From the NCBI GenBank assembly GCA_009103225.1, contig RHPI01000101.1, positions 18,031-82,030 of the forward strand: a stretch of 64,000 nucleotides of DNA, read 5' to 3'. The notes beneath the pieces are model-generated. The model saw only the letters and a list, made by a program, of their open reading frames with translations, was not told the DNA's origin and did not search any database. Below are positions 51,873 to 64,000 of this stretch, piece after piece. Origin of the DNA: Chlorokybus atmophyticus. Taxonomy: Eukaryota; Plantae; Mesostigma and Chlorokybus algae. Position 1 is the first letter of the stretch. Each line of letters begins with the position of its first letter. A program made the translations under genes and the position numbers.

Positions 51873-54800
51873 TGTGAAGAAATGCAAGAAAGAAAGAACA
51901 GCATAACGCTACAGACACATACACGTTTCTGCTGCCAATCCCCTCTGCTGTCCTGCATGAGGACACAACCGACCACACTAGACGGCAGCAGTGCGGCGCA
52001 CGTCCAGCACGAACCCACCACTTTGGTGACCGCTTTCCAGTGCTGCTCCCATGTGACCCTGTGTAGTCGTCCTGTTGGTTTCTCACCCCACCGTGTCCCC
52101 GATCCCCCATTCTTTGCGGCGATGACTCATGGGCCCGAACATTCATGTTATTTCCTTGTCATATACCCCCTTTTTCCCCCCGTTGCGAGCGGGCCGTCCG
52201 CGTAGTAGCCCTGCCAGCAGCTTTGTACCGTGTCGTGTATTTGTGTCGGGACTCGTTGTGCTGGTGCGCGCGTAGTTTTGTCAAACACAAGCAGATAGGT
52301 TGTTGTATGTACGTTGCTTCTAATGTACTTTGTACTTTTGTTATGTAAGCTAGGCGCCGTCATTGATATTGCATACTTTGCCTTATTTGTTGCTTGTGTA
52401 CTGAATGCAGTTGAATGCAATGATTGCAACTGGTTTGTTGAAGTCCAAGGCAGCCTACTGACTTATGTATAATGTCAATGCAATGTGGTATGCATGAGAC
52501 AAGGTTATACGCTAAAAAGTGCGGGATATGGCAGGACACATGCCGTATGTGTACAGGGTAGGCAGCTCCGTGTGTCACACTTATGGGCTACATCATACAC
52601 ACATGCATTGTTGCTTTGCTCTTCCGTACATGTGTTGTGTAGCACAAAGCATGCAATCTGTAGCATACACAGGCTTGCGTAGTAAGTAATGGTACCATTT
52701 GTACTGTGCACAAGCATCAACAAAGTTGGTAGTAGCATCCAACAATGTTAGTAGTATTCAACAAGGCCATACAATCGCTTGTGATACTGTGCGTGAAATG
52801 TACATGTAATCTAGTGATGTAGTGCGGGGAGCATTTTGTGCCCGCACACACAGAGTCCCTCGTGCTTGCTTGTCAACTATAAGTGTCAATGCATAATAGT
52901 AATGCATAATATTGACCATAATCATGTAAGTTTTTGCTCGTTAACTGATACAATGCATTGTTGATAAGTTGATTTTACATTGTACTCTTTTCTCTAACAT
53001 TTAATAAAGTGGTTTAATTGGCAAACAATATTAGGAATCATTATCGTTTAATTAAACAAAACGTTCTTTATAGTTATTCATTGCTAGTCTGTGAGCTATA
53101 TATAGCGCTATGGAGCTATTGAGCTATAGAGCTACATGTAGAGTACACCTCTGAATAGTAAGCTAATCTCCAATATCAAATATGTAAAGTAGCATGCAGT
53201 GTAACAACAAATCATTCATTTCCAAAAACAAACGCAACATAATATAACAAAAATATGGTTGTGCGTGAGTTGATGTGCACAATATATATGGTATAAATCG
53301 CTGTATGTTATGTACAACTATAATAGATGTTACTTAACATGATGCAATGCAATTTTTATGGCATGCTTTTAATAATACATACTTTAAAAGTTGCTGGTTA
53401 TGTAACCAACGGGCGTAGCTGCACTGTATGCGCGAAAGGGGCATAGTATAGCCTAGCAGTGCTCCTTTCTGAAATTAAAAAGGGGTAACTATGATGCGAG
53501 GGGAATGCATTCTTGGCGCTGAGAGGTGTTGTGAGAGTGCGTTACGGTACAGAACAATGTTCATAATTCCATTGTCTGTAAGCATGTGATGTTACCGCTT
53601 ATCTATAATGACACATATACCTTAAATAATCGCTTTAGGGTACCGAGATATTATACACCCGCAGTAACATAAGCGATATTGAGATGCTGTTATGCATGTG
53701 GTTTTACGGCAGCGACTTTTGGTGACATTGCCTACAGTGTTGAAGGCGCCATGTGACACCTGCTTTAAGAGTTGCGCATGATAGCACCAAATGGGTACAT
53801 AATTGTTATATAATTAGTATATTTATCATAAATTTAACAATTCCCATCAATCCCCTTATCAACCCTCACCAACAAGCTGTACTCTTTCAGCTACTACAGG
53901 AGTATATCATTATGGTGCCTTCCATGCAATGGTACGTCGAGTGGAAAACAGAAAAACTTGGTGTCCCCTCAGTGTGCGGGCTCCATCACCCAATACATAC
54001 ATCGTCCATCGTCCATTATCCATCATCCATCAATTTTTGACACATCCATCATCGATAATTAATTTGTATATAAGCACAGCACAGCACTGCCTCCTTGCCA
54101 CGCCACGCCGTTTAACCAACCACTGCCGCACCCCGCTTGCTGTATGATGTGGCGTGATGCTTCCCTTTATAATCAGCAGCATTTCACCTCAGGTTGTTTG
54201 CGGTCAACCTCTGCCTGCCTGTTATCGCCCCACACCTCATTGCACGCACTTAAGTACTATGTAAGCTAGTAGGCCACACAGCAGCAGTTGCCCCCGGGGT
54301 CGCAGGGCTTGCCGTAAGTAATGTTTTACTACGTTGCTGTTGTATGTGTGTGCATGGCGTGAGCACTTATAGCGGGCTTGGTCACCACAACAAAAAGTGG
54401 CATGTCCAACCTCCGTGATTGGCTATAGTAACGGTGCGACGGGGTTGTTGGATTGAGTTGGAACATGGTGACATTGTGTGTGCTTGCATCTATACTACTG
54501 GTCATCCCATATGAGTTGCTCATACAAGAACTATGTAGCCAAAAGGTGAGAATGAGACGGTAACTCATATTTTAAGACCATCACAGTTGACACCACTTGT
54601 TGGGTATGTACACATCATTTCAATGTTGGGTACGGTGAACACAGGCCACCAACATTAACATTCCTACGAGCCCAACAGGTCGACAAGTTTTAATCAGCCT
54701 GTTGCTGGCATGTGGTGTGATAGAGGGTGTTGTACTCGGTCGCAACTGCAACTTACCCATGCAACTGCACGTTAATAGGCAGTTGCATGGGTGAGTTGCA

Positions 54801-56855
54801 TTAATAAGCACTTGCAACGTTGCAAGTTCTTGTTGATGGTGCTGCTGTCGGCTATGCTTTGCTTCGCGTATTGTCGTTGCCACCTCTTTGGCATGCATAT
54901 GAGGGTGAGTGGAGTGGCATGCAAGACAGTCATCTTGGTGGTGCTCGTTGCATATGCATATGCCCATGTATAATTGCACGCGCACAACTGCAAAGTTACA
55001 CTGTAGCTTGGCAATTGATAGTGGCACTACTTGGGACATGTAATTCGGGTGTATGCACAATCACCCAAGTGTGTCCTATGGGCTGCAGACTTGTGTGGTC
55101 AGGATACAGCTACCACTGCAGTTGCCAGACCTCAACGGCAAGAGTTGGCAGGTTTATCTATTCATATAGTCTCATGGTGACCTGTCATAGCGAGCTGCAA
55201 AATATGCGGAATGACCGCACACGCCACCTGCGATACTGCACACGCACATACCTCAGGCCACACGTGTAATGAAACGCACCTACACACACCTGTCTACGCC
55301 TTTGTGTGTGAACTCCATAATACTCAAAGGTAATGTACTTCAAAGTTACATCTTGTTCAAGCACACAAGCAACGCCGTGTTGCAGTATGAGTGCGCGCAT
55401 GCTGCAACGCCAGAATTGATGTTGTGGATACTAGCGCCGATTGCAACACAAAGTCAGCGATCAATTGTACTGCCATTCCGGCACATCTGTTCACAAGGCA
55501 TCATTGCCAGACTTGTCGCAACCGTCACGCACTACTACTTATGATGATTGGAGAGCATAGCAGCCACCAACAGTTACAGCTGTGTGGGGCATCGTTATGC
55601 TCAGCCAAGACTTCTGGTTGCATCCGTACGCACCGTAGGCCAGTAAGTCGCCCGTTCTTGTGCTAGTATGTTACCGCATGCGTAGTGACTATCGCAGTCA
55701 CAGTTGCCACCAACACCAGCATGCCATTGTGAGTGGTGTGGCAACAGTGTCGCGCGTGCGTGCGCATCTGCCACACGCACATGCCCAGACAGCGGGCGCT
55801 CCCACCCACCCACAGACCAGTGTTGTGGGCGCCCTACGCGTTCGATAGCTCCATCCCCGTTCTCAGTCGTATCCCGTCCCGTCCTGTCCCGAACGCCTCG
55901 TGCACTGCCGACTACGCTGTGGCGGCCATGGGTGAACGGGACAGGGGGGATAACATATATGACTATGGCGCTGCAGCCTCCTGCGTAGTCCCGAGTTCCG
56001 GGAATCTCACGCTGCCGCAAGCTGCTTCTTGAGAATGAGTGAGAGGGAACAGGGTGTGATGGGGTCGTGGTCTATGTGCGTGAGCACACATGGAATTGTT
56101 TGCGTGCAACAGATATGGGTTTGGTGCAATGGAAAGCGTAATTTTGAGCTCAGCTGACGGCACATACACATACATGCATGCACACGCAGACACGCGCACA
56201 ATAAGTGCTTGTGGTTGCAGCACTCACACATATGCTATCCACAGCATAGTCAGCACTTGTATCCTATGTGTTGGTGGGTACCACACAAACACACTTATCG
56301 TACACGTACACTGTATCAAGCCATTCACCATGCACAACACGACTATAGAAGCCACCATTTCACTGCTCAGCGAGCCCCAAGCAGCACATGCTATAGTGCC
56401 CAACACCAATACAGCCCGTTACCCACACAGCCCAACATATCTTCTACTCCTCCTGCAGGTACGTGTGGCGCAGCTCCTCCGACCTCAACACCAGCGCCGG
56501 TGGTTCTTCCAGGCCGGTCGTCACGGTCGCTACCCGCAGGTGCTGTATCCTTATACCTGTATCAGTACAACATCACCCCAAGAAACCCAACGCTTCCGTG
56601 CATCACACTTCCTTCGCTCCCCAAGACGGTTTGATCACGGACCTCCTCCCCAACGTCTCCCCCGCCGTTCTCCACACCTCCATCTCCACCCGCTATCAAA
56701 CCCTAAGCCGGGCACGCGCCATACAGAGGTGGGTTTGGCAGTGCAGGATGAAGCCACGACGCCGCCGCCACAGCCGCCGGCAGCACCGCCGCCGCCGCCG
56801 GTGTATGCGCGGGTGCTGGCGCTGATGGAGCCGGGTATGGCGTGGGTGGGATGTG

Positions 56856-56883
56856 GGGTGGGGGGGGGGGGGGGGGGGGGGCN

Positions 56884-56922
<39 letters not shown>
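56856..56922. repeat. Poly-G run with an internal N
   Basis: Direct reading. Confidence 0.95.
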
Positions 56923-56923
<1 letters not shown>

Positions 56924-59023
56924 GAGTGAGTGAGTGAGTGAGTGAGTGATTGTGAGTGGGTTGTTGGCAGTTTTGTTGGAGCCGGCGAGTTCCGTCTTGC
57001 TGCAAGCCACGCTGATTGGCATAGAGTCGCAGAAGACTGTCACACTCCTGTAAGCGCAACTTACTCCCAAGCTACCCGCCAGTACCTATCACGCACATGT
57101 GTCTGTGCGTGCGCGCGCGCACGCACATACACACGCACACACACACCAACCACGCCCCCCCCGCATCCACTGCTCTCCCCAGGCTCTCCAACCCCGGTCT
57201 CCTCCCCGTCCTCTGGTCCTTCTCCCCCTCCTCCGTCACCTCCCTCACCTCCTCCTCCTCCTCCTGGCTCCACCCCTCCTCCACCTCCGGCTCCATCCAA
57301 CCGGGCCGCACATCCACAATAACCCTGCGTGTCTCCTACTACGCTCGGGAGCGGGAATACTACGAAGACAACCCCACCTTCTTCCATCACCAACAATCGC
57401 TCTGCACTCAACGTAAGCCCCACACCACCACACCTCACGATCATCATCACCACATCACATCACAATAAACCCCTTTGACGCACAGTTCTGCATTTGGGTG
57501 GCGGCTTGGTTCAATGCAAGCAACTGCAACGCGACGTGCACAGCGCTGCCGTCGACACCGTTCCCGACAATGCTGGCGTGTGCGGCGTGCGCGTGTGGTG
57601 ACGACGCGCGCGTGAGCACCAACTGCGACCTGCTGGCCATTGCACAATCTCTCAACTCAATGCGCGTGTGGTGACGACGCGCGCGTGAGCACCAACTGCG
57701 ACCTGCTGGCCATTGCACAATCTCTCAACTGATTGCGCTGCAGGTGCGTACAAGTATGCGTGCGTGTAGGTGGGTGTGGACGTGCGCGTGCATGCGTGCG
57801 CGCGCGCGTGTGACTATGTCTGTGTGCATGCGTGTATGCACACAGACGTAGACACATAGACACGTATGCACACAACCTGCCATAGTGGATGCGCATGTCT
57901 ATGTGCGTACACTACGTGCATCCACACTGTGTTGGGAATTACAGTGGCCTTTCTTGCATGCATGAGTTGAACCGGCTTTTACCCAGTCTATTGCACAGGC
58001 ATCACATTGAATGGATGGGTACACGAGGGACGTGACCGTCGACATCTCCCTGCTCAACCCGAGCTGGAACCTGTTCACCACAATTCGGCTGCTGTTCGAG
58101 ATCCCGCCGAGTGGCAACCTGTACTCGTCCACCCTCGTACGGACCTTCCGCCTGTACCGGAACGAGCTGTTGGTTGTGATTTTGATTGTATGGTGGTTAG
58201 AAGAGTACATGTCGCAAATGTCCTCTTCTTGCAGGTATGTGACAAGTTGCAATCACCTGGTGCTTGCCATTGACATTGTTGTGGTGATACTGCTCGTGCT
58301 GCACACGACGGAGGAAATATCCTGCATCTTCAGATACGGCAGACAGTACTTGCGGTAAGGAAACCGGGGCAGGTGTGCGCACATGTGCATGTGGGCATGT
58401 GTGCGCGCGCATGCGCGTGGGTGCAGGCGCGGGTGTGCGCGGGTGTGTGCGTACACATGTATGCATGTGCACGTGCGCACACACTGGTGCTTGGGTGCAC
58501 GTGAGTGTAAACGTGTACAATAATGAACTATTCGGTCTCTCAAGTCGCGGTGGACGTTGGTTACTTGGTTCAACTTCGCCACAATCTACTAGATTGCGTA
58601 ATACGCTAAGATCGCAATGCGCATCCAGCAGCGCAAGCTCAACAATTTCCGCTACAATTTGACCGCGTGTCCTACTTAAACTTCCTCGCGTTGGGTTTCT
58701 TCGCGACGCAGGAGCTCAATGTGTCGGTCTCAACTTCATCTTGCTCTTGTGCGATTCTTCAAGTACCTCATGCACGTGCCGCGGTTCGACTCGATATTCC
58801 TCACCGTGTCGGACAGCGCGTTCGACCTGTTTCTGTTCACTTTTATGGCCAATATAGTCTTCCTTGGGTTCGCGTCGGCGTACTATGCCATATGTTCGCC
58901 ATTCATGTACGGATTCCGAAGCTTCTCGTCTACCTTCGACTCACTCATGCAGGCACGTGAACGTGAAGAGTTGCACGTGCGTGCGTGCACGAGTGTGTAC
59001 GCATGTATGTGCGTACATGTGTA

Positions 59024-59099
<76 letters not shown>

Positions 59100-59100
59100 T
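59024..59100. repeat. (GCGT)n tetranucleotide microsatellite in a pseudogene intron
   Basis: Direct reading. Confidence 0.95.
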
Positions 59101-61617
59101 GTGTGTGTGTGACGCAAGTACACAGACAGCTGGCCTTTACATTGCGTACATTACATGCCACCGTTGTATACTTTCTACAACACTGTTGTTCGGACTGTGG
59201 AAGCAACGGAGCTGCTCCTCCTGCAGATGCTGTTGACAAAGTTTGACTACAGCGAGATGGTCCTCGCCAACCGCATCTTGACCCCTCTTCTCTTTTTCGC
59301 GTTCGTGTTCTTCTGCTTCATGTTGCTATCCATGTTCCTCGCGATCGTGGCGGACTCGTTCGCGGACGTCAAGACACGCGAGACAAAGGAGGCGAAGCAA
59401 TTGTACTCACACTTGCGCGAGACGCTCGTGGCGCGGGTGCTCGCACTGTTCGCTCGTGGCGCGAAGAAACAAGAACAAGGCGGGGACAGTAACAACGTTA
59501 TTTGGGTGTAAGTGAGACTGATGAAGTGGGGTTTGTGTGGGCTGGGGTGTGTGAGTGCAGGTGCAACCGGCAGTGGGGTTGAAGACGGTGGTGCCATGGA
59601 TGGACAACTTCATCAATGAGTCAGCCAATAAGCGGGTGGGGTGGAGGATATGCATTGTGTGCGTGTGTTTTGACGACACATACAAACACACGCACACAAT
59701 GCATGCACACACGCACATGCACAACACAAACATGCACTTGCGATGGGCACAGCATGCACAACACACACACTCGATTGCAACCTTCCAAGTACGGCACATT
59801 GTGCAAACCGCCGGCAAGTCTGCACAAAAACAATATAACACTCTGCGTACAGGAGTTGAAGGGCAACGCGGCGGCCTACTGGTTGTTGCTGCGACGGGGG
59901 CCGAAAGATCTTTTGATGAAGTACGATGTGACGGCCAATGAGGTCCTCTATGCCGACGAGATGGATCTCATGCCGAAGGACCTAGTAGAACGGGGGGTGG
60001 AGCTAAAGAACAAGCTCAAAGCCAACAAGGACAAGGACAAGAATGAGGGCGAAGCCTCTGACACACACAAAGATTCAAGTCAACCCGCACCACAGTCGAA
60101 GTTTGCAAGGCAAGACTTGAACTCGCGTGTTAAGAAAAGATTGAGGCGGAGGCGGAGCTCGAGTTTGTAAAGGAACCAAAAGGGTGGTTGGGACAAGGCT
60201 AAACGGGTTGGGGTGGACAGCAAGTTGGATGAGGTAAAGTTGGAACGACTTGTTTGTTGACTCAATGTGAAGGTGGTGCAATTGGATGATACCCGAACGC
60301 AGGTTGAGGATGAGGTGGTGGAGATTCAACACGCGCTAAGCATGAAGCTGGCGCTTATGCAGCACCTTATGGGGTTTGTTGCGGTGCAGGTCAAGATAGT
60401 GTACTCCGTGTCTGCAACGTCCGTCGTGGTGCAGGTCAAAACAGTGTACTCCGTGCCCGCAACGCTGCAACTATGACACAAAGATATTGCATCATAGTGG
60501 TAGCATTGTTAGCGCAGAGACTGAAGAGCTTTGCAATAAACTCTGTACTCCAATGGTTCATTGCTCGCGTAGCTCTCTGTCTGATTGTTAACTCGCGGCG
60601 TCATTGTGAGGCAAGCATCCGAGGATATGTGGTCGACGCCAATTATACGGAGATCTAAGTTGCGACCTATGGAAATGTAGTTCATCCCCATGAGCCGCGG
60701 CACATATGAGTATAGTCCAACCCGAATAAGTGCATACCATTGAAAATTGCAACGCATGGCTTTGTCAATTAGGCCATTGTAACAATATTCGCTACCATGA
60801 CTCTAAGAGCTTGTGTATGGCTTATTAATGCCTCATAAGCTCTTCTTAACCTTCTCCACATTAACCGGCATTACATTCAACCTAGTTTTAACCGCAATTT
60901 AAGTTGCACAGCTTGGTCCTTCCTGACCGGCAGATGTTGCTCGCGTCCGGCTATGACCAGCCACATGACGTTACCGGTCATGCAGCGTAGTTATTTGCGA
61001 CGACTTGCCACGTTGCCGCGAAGAGGAGCGACCCTCTGCACCGACTCAGTTGACCTTACCTGACAGTTCATTATTACCCACTCTCGCGCATCTTGCGCCC
61101 TGTGGGATTGTTCTCGCAACCTTTACAGCTCCAATTGCCAATGTAACTGAAGGCTTAGCCGACTAGGCAACGATAGCAAAGGTCGCTACCATGAGAGGGT
61201 GTGTATTGCCTCATAAGCCCTTTTTAGCCTATTTCATTATGCACTCATCGCATTGATGCAGACTCATGAAGTGCACAAATTATGCGCCCGTTTTAAGTGC
61301 ATTGATTATGCACTTAGGCTTGGCATACATGATCCATAATCTCAAGTTGATAGGTTTACTATCGTAATCAAAGTACACTTCTATTGTACGCTACCTGTAA
61401 TACAAGCGTGATCTACCTGATAAGTGCATAAACACATTAGGTTGGGCATACCATAGAATGCACTTATTAATAAATGCATCTGTTCTCAACGCACAGGTGT
61501 CGGCCTTGAAGACGTTGGTGACGGTCAAGTTTATGCACTAAACGCAGATAGTTTATGCACTTATCAATTATGCAGATATTGAGGACAGATGCCCGGGTTC
61601 AAGTCGACGATGTCTTT

Positions 61618-61670
61618 ATCGGTGTCACGGCCTCGCTAAGGGGCTGCTTTCGTGAGGCCGTGACACCGAT
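61618..61670. repeat. Perfect 17-bp inverted repeat with a 19-nt spacer
   Basis: ATCGGTGTCACGGCCTC (61618-61634) and GAGGCCGTGACACCGAT (61654-61670). Confidence 0.9.
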
Positions 61671-62051
61671 GAGACCGTGACGCCGACAGACCCCCCCTGC
61701 CTTTGTTCCAATGGGCCGCGGCCCACTGCTTATGTTCTGAAGCCGGGACACCGTGACGGCCCAAGGCCCGCGGCACCTTGTGTCATCATCTGCTTATCGA
61801 ATGGGCTACTCTCGCGTTCAACGACAGCCATTTATTTTGCATTCAATTTACACTGTATTGGCACATGACGAATATATTATAGTTATTGCATTTATGCTAA
61901 AGTGAAGATCACAGCAATATGTTCATATTGTGCTTTCCTCTGATACATATCGCTCACAGCGAACAATATATGTCAGAGGCAAGCACGATACAGGCACAAT
62001 ACAACAAGCAGCAGTCAGAGGAAACCACGATACAAGTACAGGGCAGTTGTA

Positions 62052-63730
62052 CTAACGACCTAAGCCAGGAGGTTGTGTGAGGGGAGGAGCAAAACAAGGA
62101 GGAGCCGTTTCTGGAGGAGGTAGGCCCCAAGGAAGAGGATAAGCAGGTTGTGCAGGAGGAGCAGAACAAAAAGGCGCAAATCCATGAGGAGGAGCACAGC
62201 CAGGAGGAGGTGGTAGGCCCCAAGGAGGACCAGGATGTGGATGCAGGGATGGTGGCCAGCTGGCATGTTGAGAAGGCAACACGTGAGGGGTGCTGCAGTG
62301 ATAGGGCCAAATGCTTGTGTGCCGGGGAGCGCTGGTGGTGTATAGAATGGGAATGGTAAAGGAGGTGGTGCGCTCCAAGAAGAGCCCCATGGCATGGCAG
62401 TTGTAGATGGGTTGTTGTTGATGATGGTTGTGTAGCTGCCAATGTGAATGCCTGCAACAAAGGCCAGCGAACAAGAATGAGCATTACACATTCAACAACA
62501 CAAACACAAAAACACACTCATAAACTCACCAGCAGCTTGTGAAGGCGCAGCGTGCGATGACGCAGCCGCAGAGGCTGGTTGCACTGCCAAGGCGCTCTCA
62601 ACAACTGAAGACACAAAGCATGAATGACAACAACGACACCACCACCACCACCAACAACAACAATAACAAGCATAGCAGCAAAAGCAACACACAATTGTGC
62701 TAACCAGTAGCAAGTGGAAGCGCAGAGTGCGACAGCGCAGCCACAGATGCTAGTTGCATTGCCAAGGCGTTCTCAACACCTGCAAACAGCACGTCATGAA
62801 TGGATTACATGCACAACAACAACAACACACACACACACACACAGACACAATGCTACTAACCAGTAGCAACTGGACGTGCAGCCACGGAGGCTGGTTGCAT
62901 GGCCAGGGCATTCTCAGCACCTGCAAACAATACTATGAATGCATCATATGCATCACAACTCCGATAACAACAACACAATTCTATCAACCAGCAAGTGGAG
63001 GTGCAGAGTGCGGCGGTGCAGCCATCCAGTGGAATGGTAGCACTGTTAAGGCAGTCTCAACACCTGTTAACAACACATTAAACGCGGTCAACTACTGCAA
63101 CAATCAACAAGCTAGCTGAAGATGATACCTGCAGGCATTGATGACGTGGCGCACGAGTTTGCTTGGACACCATCCAAAGCTTTACAGACACCAGAGCCTG
63201 AGATAGCAAACATAAGATAACCGGCTATGAGATATGCGAATAGTTCAGAGAGAAAAAAAACACAGTTTACCGAAAGTGACTGAAGAGGGGGGAGGAATCA
63301 TATGTGCCGGTATTGAATGGACTTCAGAGATGCTCTTGATACTGACAGGCTGAACCCTCTCAACACCTGCAAGCGCATGCAGTCACACAACATTCAACTC
63401 GAAATTAACAAAGTAAGTACCACCTACCCTCGTGAGCTGCCGCCAAAGGTAACTTGATACGCTCAGCAGGTGCTGCACACATTGAAAGCCACTTGTGTTA
63501 TATGGCAAGAAGTTAACAAGGCAAGAAGTGCTTGTAACAGAATGTAGTAAACGACACCTGCACAAAATGCAGCTGGATGCTGCAAGGGTGGAGCTCCGCC
63601 AGGCAAGGAAGGTGCATTGTCATGGTTGCCATCAGCAACTCTACCCGCAAGAGGGGCAGCACCATTTGCATTCTCACCATCAATCATGGTACCCAAGTCA
63701 GCCCCATTAGGATCATCAGTAGCAGCTTGC
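62052..63730 (-). CDS. Unknown Ala/Pro-rich protein built from duplicated symmetric phase-1 exons; 5' end probably further right
   Basis: Exons 63687(or earlier)-63558, 63472-63428, 63366-63271, 63063-62989, 62920-62861, 62779-62705, 62604-62530 and 62451-~62055. All have AG/GT edges and join in frame. Confidence 0.6.
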
Positions 63731-64000
63731 AGAGCTTACTTACTTTTCCTCGATCACTCGTAAGCAGTTAATACGGCCTATGTCGCATCACGAGCGTAGC
63801 GAGTTGTTCGATACCCTGTACTTATCTGTCAAGTAGGTACCTATTGTCATTCAACTCTTGTACGAGAGTATCTTTAAGGTAAGGTAACTCGAGAAGGTTT
63901 GAACGGTTTGAAATTCGGACGTTGCAGATGGGCCAGCGGTTTGTTACAACAAGCCACGTTGCTATGTGCATCTCCGCAGTACATGGCACGTAGCATTTGT

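Larger units (their letters stand above)
55850..60476 (+). pseudogene. PKD2-like (pseudo): 5'-truncated PKD2-like paralog, inverted relative to 23539-29553
   Basis: Exon-by-exon homology with introns retained. Lesions: a 73-nt tandem duplication (57588-57730), a large internal deletion near 57360, indels at 58550-58760, and CAA to TAA at 60168-60170. Confidence 0.9.

Noticed and set aside
54772-55014. Possible MULE/FAR1 SWIM-finger remnant (YSVTLQLCAC...MPKRWQRQYAK)
   Set aside because: The resemblance is short, the CxH pair is missing, there is an in-frame stop just upstream, and no DDE region or TIRs were found.
61596-61605. tRNA or SINE B-box GGTTCAAGTC
   Set aside because: I could not build a cloverleaf or find a convincingly spaced A-box.
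1-64000. rRNA, tRNA, snRNA or viral hallmark genes
   Set aside because: None were recognised by eye; a covariance-model scan (Rfam, tRNAscan-SE) would be needed to exclude them.

Overview
Eukaryotic, intron-rich genomic scaffold, most likely from a green alga or early-diverging green plant. This is inferred from plant-type URH, LPEAT and CLT genes next to a ciliary-type PKD2 channel; the species cannot be fixed from sequence alone. Left to right: the decayed 3' end of a chromodomain Ty3/Gypsy element; an AT-rich repeat zone with a TA-flanked MITE; and a nucleoside hydrolase plus a frameshifted CK1-like kinase. The block 3646-13096 recurs almost identically at 13098-21860 across single-N joins and may be an uncollapsed haplotype. 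Next come five genes in alternating orientation: PKD2-like channel (-), long coiled-coil/EF-hand protein (+), PP2C (-), LPEAT (+) and CLT transporter (-). These are followed by a two-exon bacterial-type VOC/glyoxalase gene, an inverted PKD2 pseudogene, and a Pro/Ala-rich gene built from duplicated symmetric exons. The most striking unexplained signal is a recurring C-rich to G-rich strand-skew flip centred on many exons. It overrides synonymous codon choice inside single exons and continues into alternating (CA)-type and (GT)-type introns. Gene models were built by hand from GT/AG sites and reading frame, so internal exon edges are approximate unless stated.
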